A DNA stretch of 64,000 nt from the NCBI GenBank assembly GCA_965215885.1, contig CBDCEW010000092.1, positions 32,001 to 96,000 of the forward strand, in the 5' to 3' direction. A program made the position numbers and the translations under genes. Under the pieces are notes generated by a model. The model did no database searches. It had not been told where the DNA came from and saw only the letters and a program-made list of their open reading frames with translations. The stretch comes from Candidatus Moanibacter sp. Lineage in GTDB: Bacteria > Verrucomicrobiota > Verrucomicrobiia > Opitutales > UBA2987. Below, piece after piece: positions 9,625 through 20,519 of the stretch (positions within the stretch are counted from its first letter, which is position 1; every line of letters begins with the position of its first letter).

Positions 9625-11021
9625 ATGTCAGAGGAAGACCAATACGATCTGGTGGTGATCGGGGGAGGCCCGGCCGGTTATGCGGGGGCTATTCGAGCCG
9701 GTCAATTGGGAAAGAAAGTTGCCTGCATCGAGTTTGAGAGGGCGGGTGGCACATGCCTCAACTGGGGCTGTATTCCATCAAAGGCTCTCCTCAAGGCTGC
9801 TGAGCTCTATACGGATATTCATAGTGCAGAATCCTTCGGTTTCTCGGTGGGAGAGGTTGGCGTGGATTTCGGCAAGGTCATGCAGCGTTCACGCGAAGTA
9901 TCGGACCGGATGGGAGGCGGCGTTGAGTTTCTTTTTAAGAAAAACAAAGTCGATTACTTTTTGGGGAGAGGCCACGTATCGGTGCCGGGTATTGTGGAGA
10001 TTACTGAAGGGCCCGATATGGGGAGGTTCTTTTCTACACGAAATGTCATCGTGTGCACAGGCTGCAAGGCTCGCATTCTTCCAGACCTGAAAGTCGACGG
10101 TGAACGTGTCATGACCTCGAGGGAAGCGTTAGCCTTGAAGAGAATGCCGAAATCGGTGGCGATCCTGGGGGCGGGCGCAATTGGGGTGGAATTTGCCTAC
10201 TTTCTAAATACTCTGGGTTGCGACGTAACCTTAATCGAGATGCTCCCGCAAGTCTTGCCTGTCGAAGACAGAGAGCTTTCCAACGTTGTGGCACGATCTT
10301 TCAAGAAGCAGGAATAGCGGTGCATGTCGATGCGGTTGTTGAAGACATTAAGACCTCGAGACGTTCGGTTTCTATGGTTCTGGTTAAGGGTGAAGAAAGG
10401 TTACCTCTCAAGACCGATGCCCTTCTCTTAGCGATTGGAGTGGTGGCAAACACGGATGGCCTCTTTTCGCCAAAGGTAAAACCATCCGTTGAGAAGGGGT
10501 TTATTGTTGTCAATGAGCGCTATGAAACGAGCGTCAGGGGCCTCTATGCGGCGGGAGATCTCATCGGGCCTCCCTGGCTGGCTCATGTGGCGACGTATGA
10601 AGCGATAGAGGCGGTCAATGGAATTTTCGGGGTAGGTGAGCCAGGGTCGGTGAGGGTGTTTCCGAGTTGCACTTATTGTCAGCCACAGGTTGCGAGCGTA
10701 GGACTGACAGAGGAGGCGGCGAAGGAAAAGGGGCTGAATTATAGAGTGGGGAAGTTTCCGTTTTCTGCAAACGGCAAGGCCGTTGCCGTCAGTCATACGG
10801 AAGGTTTAGTGAAATTGATCGTTGAAAAGGACTACGGGGAGATTCTTGGGGCGCATATCGTGGGGAGCGATGCCACCGAGTTGATCGCGGAATATGTCCT
10901 GGCGATGAAGGCGGAGCTGACGGCGGATGACATCCACGGCACGATCCATGCGCATCCGACCTTGAGTGAAGCTCTCGGTGAAGCAGCTGCCGCTGCCTAT
11001 GGGGAGGCGATACATATTTAA
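9625..11021 (+). CDS. lpdA: Dihydrolipoamide dehydrogenase, single frameshift near 10310
   Basis: GGGPAGY, GGTCLNWGCIPSKAL, GAGAIGVEF, HAHPTLSE; ORFs 9625..10317 and 10218..11021 join if one G is added to CAGGAATAG. Confidence 0.93.
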
Positions 11022-11270
11022 CCCGCAAATTTCACCAGGAGAAACTGCAAAGAGTGAGCCCACGGATGCAGTAGCCATCCCAATGTTCCTTGCGGTGTTC
11101 GAGCGATAGGAGGAAAGCTAAACAAGCCTCTATTTGGTCAAGGGGTGAGGGTCACTGGCAAGCGCAGTGGGATGGGGCGCAGCCCACGGTGGGGAAGAAG
11201 CAAAGAAGGAGTCGTGTCGGACTTGGTTCGGATAAATTGAGAATCATCGAGCGTCTTCTCGCCGCACCTT

Positions 11271-11302
11271 GTCATTGCGAGGAAGAATGACGAAGCAATC
11301 CA
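11271..11302 (+). repeat. REP-like repeat gtcattgcgaggaag.atgacgaagcaatcca; second copy at 13979-14010
   Basis: Near-identical 32-bp copies; the second is followed by its partial inverse ctggattgccacg. Confidence 0.75.
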
Positions 11303-11335
11303 GATTTCCGATCACGCATATCGCTGGAATGCATT

Positions 11336-11400
11336 CGAAAAGCTTCCGCTTTCCGCTACGCACTTCGATTCGGGAAGTAGCGGAAAGCGGAAGCTTTTCG
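11336..11400. terminator. 24-bp perfect stem hairpin between convergent lpdA and TonB receptor genes (terminator or REP-type)
   Basis: cgaaaagcttccgctttccgctac / gtagcggaaagcggaagcttttcg. Confidence 0.6.
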
Positions 11401-11521
11401 TCTTCCTAGACGCACGCAGTTTCACTCCTGTATGGTGCGGCCCGCCCTAAGCTTCAGTCGAACGGGAAAGCCATGGCCCGCCGGGGGCCCCACTGACCAA
11501 TAATCTCGAGAGATTTCCCGG

Positions 11522-13846
11522 CTAAAAGCCGTACTGCATACCAACGTAGGCCAGGCGGGGAGAACCGGGTCGGGGCCCGTGTGGGTGACGTGAGGCAATA
11601 TATACTTCGTCGGTCAGGTTTGTGATCGAGCCAAAGATCTCGAAATTCGCGGCAACCTTATAATAGGCGCTCAGGTCGACCGTAAAATAGCTATCAGTCG
11701 TACCGAATCGGGAATCGACTCTGCCCGAGTTTGGATTGATTTCCTCCTTCGAGTTGGCGGCCGACGTGAACGTCGCGTCGACATAGGAAGCGCTGAGATA
11801 GGCGCGCACTCTCCCAAGTTCGATGCCTGCAGTCGCGTTACACTGAAACTCCGGAATATACGGTAGGCGATTTCCGTCCCGCCCTCCCGCAAAGATGGAC
11901 TCTTCATCTTCGGAATTAGAGTCTCCCATGAGCTTTGCGTCCGTATAGGTGACCGAAAACGTATAGGGATTGTTGAACTTCCAGGCATTCTTGCGGCCCG
12001 GATCAATTCCGAGCATGAATTCCACGCCGGAAGAGTCGACTCTCCCAACATTCTCAGAATCACCCGTTCCCGATCCCCCGATGTTGTCGATCACAATTAG
12101 ATCGTCGAAACGGGTATGGAATAACACGATCTCACCGTAGATACCTTCTCGATTGTTAAAGCGAGCACCGAATTCAAAGGCATCGCTTGTTTCCTCCTGA
12201 ATGCCGTTGAGCGCGTGATTTCGCGGTGAAGGCGCTGAAAATCCCCTGTTGTAACCCGCAAAGAGTATCCAATTATCGGATTTCCTATAAGTCCCGGATA
12301 TACCCGGCGCGAAGAGATGCAAATCGCTCTCGCCGCTTCCTACGGGTTCGTTGGTGCCGTCTGTAGAATAGTCGGTGAATTCGTAGTCAATGCTCTCGAA
12401 ACGTGCCCCCGGCACCAATGTCCATGGGCCGAATGCTATCTTATCATCGATATAGGTTGAGAATGCGCGGGTTCTCTGTCGCCGATTCCCATCCGATCCG
12501 TTTTGGCTTCTGATATCGTCAACAAAGTTGCCCCGACTGTCCTGGATCATGAGATTGTGCCATTGAAACCGACGGATTTGATCCTGGTGGACTCGAACTC
12601 CGACCTCAAGCTCGTGAGAAGCAGCGCCTGTATCGAAGTTGTAGTCGAATGCGGTTTGAAATCCGGCCATGTAGTAGTCGCGATTGTTCGCGCGGACACG
12701 CAGCTTCCCCGCCCGTTCTCCCTCAAGCACTTCCAGGGCCACGCCGTCGCGAGCCCCGGCCAGAGCGCGTGAGAGATTCTCCACCACCGGACTTCCTCCG
12801 GGTGCGTCTCCCTCCGGTATACCGTCTCCATCAATGTCGATATCTCGTATATCGTGGAGCTTGAACCAGTTTCGGTGAAACTTGCTGTAGTAGGCGGTTG
12901 AAGTCAGCTTCGCGCGATCGCCAAACTCAATCACGTGGCGCAAGTGGAGTCGGATGTGATTAGTATCGATCCGATCGAGGCGCGATGCCGCGTAGCGGCG
13001 ATATGGGCTGGCACGAAGATCCTCCGTAGACAGACCCAGGTAGGCCTCGTTCGCGCGCAAATTCGTGTATCCAATCTTAAATTCGAAATAGTTGTATTTG
13101 CTCGAATTCGGTTCCCATGTCGCTTTGAACATGGTGTCTGTCCGCGCAAAGCCGGTCTCTCCCGATTCTTCGAAATCTCCTGCACCGTCCACTATTTTAA
13201 AGCCGTCCGTTTGCCGTCGATACGCTTCCAGAAGGTACCCAAAACGACCCTTCTCATTTTCCAGGAATTGCCCAAATCGCCCGGTCGCGCGGACCTCGTT
13301 GTGGCTCCCATAGGCAAAACGAATAGCCCCTTTTCTCGTTTCTTTCGGAATCGGCGTGGAAAGATAGTTGATTGCCCCGCCCGTTGTATGCGGGCCATAC
13401 CGGATTTGGCTCGAACCCTTCAGCACTTCCACGCCTGACATTCTTCCGGCCGATGGAATGTAATAGGCCGAAGGTGCCGAATAAGTGGCCGGCGATGTCA
13501 AGACACCGTCTTCCATTACGGTTAGTTTCCCGCTTCGAGTGGTATCGACTCCCCGAAGACTGATGTTCGGGAAGAGGCCGTAACCATCCTCCTCTCGTAT
13601 ATATACTCCAGGGGCAGGGCGAAGGATTCGATTGATGTCATCCAGTTGCAGCGCATTGATCAGCTCTTCACCAATATAGATTCCCGAACCCGCTACAGTG
13701 AATATGTTCTCCCCGGAACCGATTACTTCGAAATCCTCCAGGGCCTTTATGTGCTTATCATCTGTGCCACTGCTTTCCGCATGGGCCGATAACGTCATTT
13801 GAAACCCTACCAGGATGTGGATGAGGAGCGCCCTTTTCCGCTTCAT
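11522..13846 (-). CDS. TonB-dependent outer-membrane receptor, FecA-like iron-uptake type
   Basis: Signal peptide, plug motifs EDGYGLFPNISLRG and VEVLKGSSQIRYGP..GGAIN, C-terminal Phe. Confidence 0.92.
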   Translation of the reverse strand: MKRKRALLIHILVGFQMTLSAHAESSGTDDKHIKALEDFEVIGSGENIFTVAGSGIYIGEELINALQLDDINRILRPAPGVYIREEDGYGLFPNISLRGVDTTRSGKLTVMEDGVLTSPATYSAPSAYYIPSAGRMSGVEVLKGSSQIRYGPHTTGGAINYLSTPIPKETRKGAIRFAYGSHNEVRATGRFGQFLENEKGRFGYLLEAYRRQTDGFKIVDGAGDFEESGETGFARTDTMFKATWEPNSSKYNYFEFKIGYTNLRANEAYLGLSTEDLRASPYRRYAASRLDRIDTNHIRLHLRHVIEFGDRAKLTSTAYYSKFHRNWFKLHDIRDIDIDGDGIPEGDAPGGSPVVENLSRALAGARDGVALEVLEGERAGKLRVRANNRDYYMAGFQTAFDYNFDTGAASHELEVGVRVHQDQIRRFQWHNLMIQDSRGNFVDDIRSQNGSDGNRRQRTRAFSTYIDDKIAFGPWTLVPGARFESIDYEFTDYSTDGTNEPVGSGESDLHLFAPGISGTYRKSDNWILFAGYNRGFSAPSPRNHALNGIQEETSDAFEFGARFNNREGIYGEIVLFHTRFDDLIVIDNIGGSGTGDSENVGRVDSSGVEFMLGIDPGRKNAWKFNNPYTFSVTYTDAKLMGDSNSEDEESIFAGGRDGNRLPYIPEFQCNATAGIELGRVRAYLSASYVDATFTSAANSKEEINPNSGRVDSRFGTTDSYFTVDLSAYYKVAANFEIFGSITNLTDEVYIASRHPHGPRPGSPRLAYVGMQYGF

Positions 13847-13871
13847 TTCTGTCTTCTGATTCGGCTTCAGG

Positions 13872-13912
13872 ATAATTAGAATAATTCTAATTATTGAGAC
13901 TGAGTCTCAATA
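13872..13912. promoter_or_regulatory. Adjacent palindromic operator sites, probably an iron-responsive (Fur-like) repressor site
   Basis: ataattagaa-taa-ttctaattat and tattgagact-g-agtctcaata immediately upstream of the receptor start. Confidence 0.6.
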
Positions 13913-14131
13913 ACAATAATGCAAAAGTTGAGGATGTGGACAAAGTCAAATAAAATCCTCAAAAACTATAAGAATAGGGTCATTGCGAGGAAGTATGACG
14001 AAGCAATCCAGGCATTTGGCCCTTCGAAATTCTGGATTGCCACGGTCTGCCGTGTAGCAGACCTCGTCCCGCTCGGCGGGAACAGGTTCCTTTCCGGCTA
14101 GTAATCTCTCGGACCGAAGTCCGAGAGATTA

Positions 14132-14977
14132 CTAGCGGGAAAGGGGCTGGTGGCTCATTTTTTTGGAGATACTGCGGCGGATGCGCTCGCCGAGGAGGTC
14201 GAGGAGGGTTACGACTAGAAGAATGCAGAGGAGGACGGTAGCGAACTTATCCCACTGACCAAACTCCTGATAAATCTGCAGGTGCAGTCCGATACCGCCG
14301 GCGCCCACATAGCCGATGATAGAGGCGGCGCGAATGTTGTATTCGAGCATCCAGAGTGAGTGACTCCAGATGAGTGGTTTAGCCTGTGGCCACAATCCGT
14401 ATTGAAAGGCCTGAAAGGGGTTAGCCCCGATGGTGCGGAGTGATTTAGCCACTTCGACATCGACGGATTCAAAGGATTCGCTGAAGAATTTCCCCAGGTA
14501 GCCCACGCTGTAAAAGGTCAGGCCAATGACTCCGGCGAGGTTATTGGCCCCGACAATGGCGACGGCAATAAGCGCCCAAACAAGGCTGGGAAGGGTCCTG
14601 ACCATGTTGAGGATCATGCGGATAGAGGCGACTAACCATCGGGGAGCAATGTTCTGGGCGGCGCCGAGGGAGAGAAAGAAGGAGATCAGTATAGCAAAGA
14701 ATGTGGCGTGGAGTGCGATTTTGGCAGTATCCAGAAGTGAGGCGAGGGTCTGGCCGAGGACCGAAAAATCGGGAGGGAAGAAATATCGGGCAAAGCGTAG
14801 GAAATTCCCCAGATAGTCCAGATCACGTCCCGAGCCCTTGAGGATGCCGGCTGATGAGATGACGGCGATAAGAAAGATAAAGAAAGTCACATTCAAAAGG
14901 TTGAGCCTTTCGTGCCATCTTAGTTCCGGGAAAGGAGGAGGGGATGGCGGTTCGCTCGACTGGGATGGCTCCTTCAT
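14132..14977 (-). CDS. phnE: Phosphonate/phosphite ABC transporter permease
   Basis: RTLPSLVWALI, GYLGKFFSE, LEYNIRAASIIGYVGAGGIG; ATGA overlap with the ATPase stop. Confidence 0.88.
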   Translation of the reverse strand: MKEPSQSSEPPSPPPFPELRWHERLNLLNVTFFIFLIAVISSAGILKGSGRDLDYLGNFLRFARYFFPPDFSVLGQTLASLLDTAKIALHATFFAILISFFLSLGAAQNIAPRWLVASIRMILNMVRTLPSLVWALIAVAIVGANNLAGVIGLTFYSVGYLGKFFSESFESVDVEVAKSLRTIGANPFQAFQYGLWPQAKPLIWSHSLWMLEYNIRAASIIGYVGAGGIGLHLQIYQEFGQWDKFATVLLCILLVVTLLDLLGERIRRSISKKMSHQPLSR

Positions 14978-15708
14978 GAATGATGCGCGTCTCTGAGGTG
15001 CCATTGATCGGGATGCTCGCGATTAAAGGATAAGACGCGATCGGCAAACCGTTGAATGAGGCTGGCATCGTGAATGACACAGAACACCGTCTTAGCTTTT
15101 TCCACCGTTTCCGCTTTCAGCAAACCGAGAACACGTCCCGTGAGATAAGCGTCGAGTTGTGAAACCGGTTCGTCGGCGAAGTAGATACACGGGTCCTGAA
15201 GAATGGCGCGGGCCGTGCCCACGCGCTGTTTCTCTCCCCCTGAAATTTCAGCGACCCAGCGGTGGACATACTCTGAAATTCCGAGGTCGAATAGAATCGA
15301 AAAAGCTTCCTTCCGGCAGCTACGGGGAAAGCCGAAAAGTGTCCGAAAAGTGGAGTAACGGCTTAGCCGGCCACAGAGCACGTTGTTCAGGACAGTGGAG
15401 TTTTCGCTGAGGTTCAAGTTTTGAAAAATAAACCCGAGATGGCGGCGGAATTCATCGGGTGACCGTCTGTCGTCCTTGCCGAATTCGTAGTGGAATTCAC
15501 CTTCGGTTGGTCTTAACACTCCGGCGAGGCAGTTAAGAAAGCTGGTCTTTCCGGCGCCGGAAGGACCGACCACCGCGATAAAGCTTCCCTGATTTACGGT
15601 CAAATTCAGATCTCGAAAGAGCCACTTGCCGCCCCTTCGAAGACTGAGATGGTTGACTTGCAGGGTTGGGGTGGGGAAGTGACCGCTCTCTTTAGACTCG
15701 TTTGTCAT
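14974..15708 (-). CDS. phnC: Phosphonate/phosphite ABC transporter ATP-binding subunit
   Basis: GPSGAGKT, NVLCGRL, ISGGEKQRV, ADEPVSQLD. Confidence 0.85.
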   Translation of the reverse strand: MTNESKESGHFPTPTLQVNHLSLRRGGKWLFRDLNLTVNQGSFIAVVGPSGAGKTSFLNCLAGVLRPTEGEFHYEFGKDDRRSPDEFRRHLGFIFQNLNLSENSTVLNNVLCGRLSRYSTFRTLFGFPRSCRKEAFSILFDLGISEYVHRWVAEISGGEKQRVGTARAILQDPCIYFADEPVSQLDAYLTGRVLGLLKAETVEKAKTVFCVIHDASLIQRFADRVLSFNREHPDQWHLRDAHHS

Positions 15709-16587
15709 GCAGTAAAGCGATGGGACAACCAATTTGAAAGAAAGAGTGGAACCGCAGATGAACGCCAATGGACGCGAATGTAGAAGGGAGCCCCGCGGAT
15801 TGATTTAGCTTCTAATCCCGTCGGTCCGGGATTGGATGTTGGACGTTGAATTACGCAATACTTTGAACATCAGCCTCTTCTACTACAGAACTTGCTCAAA
15901 AAATTAGAAATTGAATGATCGTAGCACGGATGGCCTAGCGCAGCGTAGCCACAACCAAAAGAGAAGAAGAGAACCGCAGATGAACGCGAATGGACGCGAA
16001 TGAAAAAGAATTTACCACAGATTCGAGAAAACCGCTGATTGATTTAGCTTCCAACTCCAAATTAGGTTGCAATCCGTTGGGTCCCGCTGAGCGGGATTGG
16101 ATGTTGGAATACGCAATACATTGAGTATCAGCCTCTTCTACGCAAAAACTTGCTCGAAACACAGGATTTTGACGGATTGTAAAACGGATAGAGAGAGGAC
16201 ATATGAATCCAATATTGGCTTTTTCGGCGCACTTTTGGACCGCTTGTCTGGAAATGGTGCGGTTGGAGAATCCAATAAGCTCGGCTTCTTTGCCAAGGGA
16301 CAATCAGCAAAGCCAAAACAAAGTTCTTTGCGCGATTTCCTCTCTCTTCTGTTTAGCGAGGGCTGTGAGGTTCAACTTACTGACGGATACAATCAGCTTT
16401 TTTATACTTTTGCTATCAATTCTCTGCCACATTGGTCATTCGCTTGGAGCATCATAGGCGGACTTTGTCTTCGGATTGCTGATCCGTTGCTATCAATTCT
16501 CTCACAGTCCCCATTCGTTGCCCTTCATTCATTCGTTGCTGACCCATTCCTTTGGCTGTGGCTTTGCTGCGCTAGGAGAAATTCGGA

Positions 16588-17499
16588 CTAAAGTCTCATC
16601 CTGGCAACAATCTCCAGCGCCTCCTGGGTCACTTCCAGGTGTTTAACCGGATCTACTTCGATGAGCGTGGAATTGAATACTTTGTCGCGCAGCCGTGGAT
16701 TCTCTTCGTTCAGTTCGAGTAGCGCACTCTTGATCGTCATCCGGTCGGAGATGCTGAGAGTACGCCTGACCGAAATCGTGTGACTTGGCACGGGTCCCTG
16801 TTGGGCAATCATTTTCAGTTTCGATCGCTGCCTTTCGGTCAGATGCCGGTCTTCATCGAGCACATAGTAGCTCAGGGCCGCTGCGTCAGCTTCACCCCGG
16901 AGAACCTTTTGGGCTGCTGATACATAACCCACGCCGTAGTAGACATTTCCTTCGCCGAAGAAGCCTTCAGGTCCACTACCCATGCTGATCAGCTCTTTTT
17001 TGAACAGATCCCAAATTGGAATCAGAAATCCGGATGTGCTCGTGCGGCTGGAAAAGGCGATCGGTTTCCCTCTCAAATCCTCGATTCCCTGGTAGGGCTT
17101 CTCCTTAAGGGCGATCCAGTAGCTCATGTAGTGCGGCTTACCGTTGATTTCGCCCACCAGCAGGATGTCCGCTACCTCCTCGTTGATGGCCTGCGCGGCG
17201 CCGGTGGAACTGAGATAACCGAAATCGATCGTACCATTCCCGAAGCCGGCCGTAATGACTGCCGAGCTGAGCGGCACGATCACCTCTACCGGGCATGCCA
17301 GCTTTCTCGCAAGGTATTCCTCCAGCGCCGATTTCTCCTCCAGCATGCGGTCTGGAGCCTTGTCCGGCTTTAGAGCAACTGTGACCCGCTCGAGCGAAAT
17401 TTGCGACGCACACGCAACTGAACCCGACAACATCAATCCCACGAAAGCCGGGATGACACTGGCCACTCGAGCAACTTTGGAATAATGAGTCCTTGGCAT
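16588..17499 (-). CDS. phnD: Phosphate/phosphite/phosphonate ABC substrate-binding protein
   Basis: DLRGKPIAFSSRTSTSGFLIP motif of the PhnD/PtxB family; signal peptide. Confidence 0.85.
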   Translation of the reverse strand: MPRTHYSKVARVASVIPAFVGLMLSGSVACASQISLERVTVALKPDKAPDRMLEEKSALEEYLARKLACPVEVIVPLSSAVITAGFGNGTIDFGYLSSTGAAQAINEEVADILLVGEINGKPHYMSYWIALKEKPYQGIEDLRGKPIAFSSRTSTSGFLIPIWDLFKKELISMGSGPEGFFGEGNVYYGVGYVSAAQKVLRGEADAAALSYYVLDEDRHLTERQRSKLKMIAQQGPVPSHTISVRRTLSISDRMTIKSALLELNEENPRLRDKVFNSTLIEVDPVKHLEVTQEALEIVARMRL

Positions 17500-18062
17500 T
17501 TCTTATCCGACGGGAGGCGAGATCTTTTTGAGATTAGGTCTCAAATGCAAGAAGGAATTCCCAATACGATTTTGAACAGAAGGAAACAGAGGGAACCGGA
17601 GAGGAATAAGAGAGGAAGAGAACCGCGAATTAACGCAAATGAACGCGAATGAAGAAGAATTGACCACGGATTCGAGCCGTCTTCGCTGCACTGCGCCGAG
17701 CCAGGGAACGCCGCGGATTGATTCAAACTCCAATTCTCCCGGCTCGCCGGGACGGGGAAAGGAGGACCCCCTCCCCCTTACCGATCTTCCCGCTCTTCCT
17801 GTGAAAATACGATCACGAATTGTGTTGTCCGCGGTTGTGGTTACAGGGAGACCCCCGGCAAGCCGGGACGTAATCGCGGGAAGGACGGAGAGATGAAAAT
17901 GAGGTGTTTTTTTGTTCCGACCGCAATACTTTGAATATCAGCCTCGCAGAGCTAAGCCTTTACCATTGACTCCCGAATGATACCCTTTTTTGTATTCGAA
18001 GCTAGAGAGCCCTCCCTTTTAAGTTCACTCTTTTTTCGCACGCAGTGCGAAAAAAGTGCTAC

Positions 18063-18137
18063 GCTCCCGTAGTTCAACGGATAGAATGTCGGTCTCCGGA
18101 ACCGAAGATCTGGGTTCGAGTCCCAGCGGGAGTACCA
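18063..18137 (+). tRNA. tRNA-Arg (anticodon CCG)
   Basis: Cloverleaf: GCTCCCG/CGGGAGT acceptor, TCGGT-CT-CCG-GA-ACCGA anticodon arm, GGTTCGAGTCC T-arm, encoded CCA. Confidence 0.96.
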
Positions 18138-18830
18138 TAATGGAAGTTGTTTATCATTAAATACTTATAAGAATACAAAGCTATTCTTAGACCGATAGTT
18201 TACCGTTTGTGATTCGACAGATTTCGCACACTTTCGGCACTTTTCGAACACCTTTCTGTCACAATACTGTCACACGGTTTTTCGGGGCTGGCTCGATTTC
18301 TAGGTTACCTCGTAGCCGCGCTGCGGTAGCAGGGTGGTGTGATGCGGGTTCGGTTCCTGATTTTTCCGGGTCGGGGTCGATATAGAATCAAGGTTGCTTC
18401 CTTTGCTTCCGTTCATCAGTTCCGTTGTTGTGACACGGATCGAACTTCGGGATGAGTTCTTTTACTTACGTCCTGTTGATCTTAGACCAGCCTAAATGGT
18501 TTCTGTAGGTTGAAGGCAATTGAGGAAGGGGGGAGGGGGGGCGCCAATACACGGAGGGGAGTGCCAACTACACTGGTTGGGCCGCTCAAAAAAATTCTAC
18601 AAAAAGAGGCGTTTCGTAGCACTCCTGCAACGTAGATACTCATCGGAAAATGGCTGTTTACCGCAATGTCTCATTGATTCCTTTCCTGAACCTGCAGGAA
18701 TCGGTTGAGGAGATGATCGACGGCGTCGTTTCAGGTAAAAGTTAGCTGAGCCCCGATCGTGCCTGAAGGGAATCCCACGACGAGTTTCGACCGTTTACAC
18801 TGAACTGGGAGAAGTACATGAGAAAACCAA

Positions 18831-19714
18831 CTACCCAAACTTGTAGCTCTCGCGACCCTTAAAAAGCTTGATGAAGTCGTCGCTGACTGAATGGTCACCC
18901 GAATCGGCCGCGTATACGATAAGTCGCTCCCTCAGGTTTTGGGCCTCCTCCTCCGGCATTAGTAGGGCGAGCAGAAGGTAGACTCCTTTGAAGCGAGGGT
19001 CGTCAACGTAGTCAAGGAGGCGTTCGTTCTCTTTTCCTAGAAACGTCTGTACGATGAAGTAATCCATGATCTTGTCGTGCCGAAAGGTGTATATGTCCTT
19101 CGCATTCCTTTCCTTCGTCTGTCTCTGTCTGTGTAAGACCAATTTGTGCTCGAGCAAGCATTTGAGCTCGTCTTCAAAGTCGTCTGAAGGAATTTCGGAT
19201 TCGTCATTTATTCTCATATCAAATACGGCTTCGGAGAATGCCACTAAAGGAAACTCCCTGTTTCCGGTCTCCTGCTTGAAGTCCTTCGCCATCAATCTGT
19301 ATTGGTGATCTTGCAGGCGGAACAGATTCGGTTCCTCGCCGCGGGCGATCAGCTCCGAAACGATCGTCAGGTCCATGGGATTCGAGAGCACAACCTGGAC
19401 TTCGTTCTGTGTTTCGATGATATCGAAGCAAGTATCAGGTCTGGTCAAAGCTTTGTTCAGATACGCAGTACAAGCATCTTTGTAATCCTTACCCTTCTTA
19501 TACGCGCTGTCCGGCAAGGCACTCTCCCGGCTGTGGAGAAACGCCTGGATCTGGTCTTTTTCCAGAGGAAGTAGTTCATACACACCAGCGACGCCCGGCG
19601 GATTCCATTTCAGGAGCGGCTGTGTGGTCAGGATGATGTTGCCCTTGAAATACCGGTTCAGGAAGTTCGTAATCTCGGCCCTGAGCTCCGCGGATACCTC
19701 GTTCAAGCCATCGA
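18831..19714 (-). pseudogene. C-terminal part of a NACHT-like P-loop NTPase, truncated by IS481
   Basis: Begins at Walker B (IDGLNEV); IILTTQP, NPMDL and YTFRHDKIMDYF are NACHT-type motifs; the N-terminus is replaced by the IS481 end. Confidence 0.7.
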
Positions 19715-19925
19715 TGTAAATAGGTATGAACCGGACACATAGGTAACAAAAGTTCTACGGACATAGGTAACACTTTAACCTGGGCTTTATGCCTTGGAAA
19801 GAAGTGTCATCTATGGAACAGAAACATCGGTTTGTCATTCTCGCAGAGCGCGAGGAGCAATCGTTCAGTAGACTCTGCGAAGAGTTTGGTATCAGCCGCA
19901 AGAGTGGCTATAAGTGGCGTTCCAG
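19715..19925 (+). mobile_element. Truncated IS481-family element (left end plus ~45 codons of transposase)
   Basis: Starts TGT, has direct repeats acataggtaaca, ORF MPWKEVSSMEQKHRFV...LCEEFGISRKSGYKW. Confidence 0.8.
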
Positions 19926-19944
19926 GGGTCAGTCCAGGGGAGAT

Positions 19945-19980
19945 GGGGTCAGATTGCGAATTGTTAGATTTTCCCCAGGG
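19945..19980 (+). repeat. ggggtcaga.tgcgaattgtt.gattttc repeat; direct copies at 20261-20290 and at 21933/23507-23540 (split by IS4)
   Basis: Three copies seen directly; shorter ggggtca motifs also at ~40730 and 50231-50324. Confidence 0.8.
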
Positions 19981-20519
19981 TTCGGTAGGATCCGTATATC
20001 TCCAGAACTTCGCTTGGAAAGAGACTAACCCGCATATTTCACAAGCCATCTGTTTCGACCGTGGATCTTACGGCGCCTCAAGGACTTCCCTTGCCCGCCG
20101 ACTTTCACGTGTTTCAATCCCGGCACGCCGAGACAGTCTCGCGACGAAGTGCGTGAAAAATGCGGACTAGAAGCTTGAGTTGAACCATTACAGAGGGCTG
20201 AAGCATATTGCGCGTCTGCCCGGCGGTGGGTACATTTTTTCCCAGATCGGGAGCGGGCATGGGATCAGATTGCGAATTGTTTGATTTTCTCAACTTCGGA
20301 CAGGACTTTTTTCAGCCCTTTGCGTGAAACGGGGCTGACGGTTTGCGAAGATCAGAGATCAGGGGTCGAAAAGGGGAGGTATTTGTCTTTTCGAAATCTC
20401 AAGAGGATGAAAAGGGGCTTTCTCCGGCGAGATATATTTGCAGGGCAACGATATCTTGAATCTTGCGGTGACTCTGCAAAAGATCGAGGGAGGCGGGGCG
20501 CATAAGCGACAAGAGCATA

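Noticed and set aside
10300..10325. Programmed frameshift or true pseudogene in lpdA
   Set aside because: One missing G in a short run of a housekeeping gene, with no slippery motif; a sequencing error is more likely
15935..16591. ORFs 15935..16303 and 16097..16591 as genes
   Set aside because: They largely translate intergenic repeats and show no recognisable motifs
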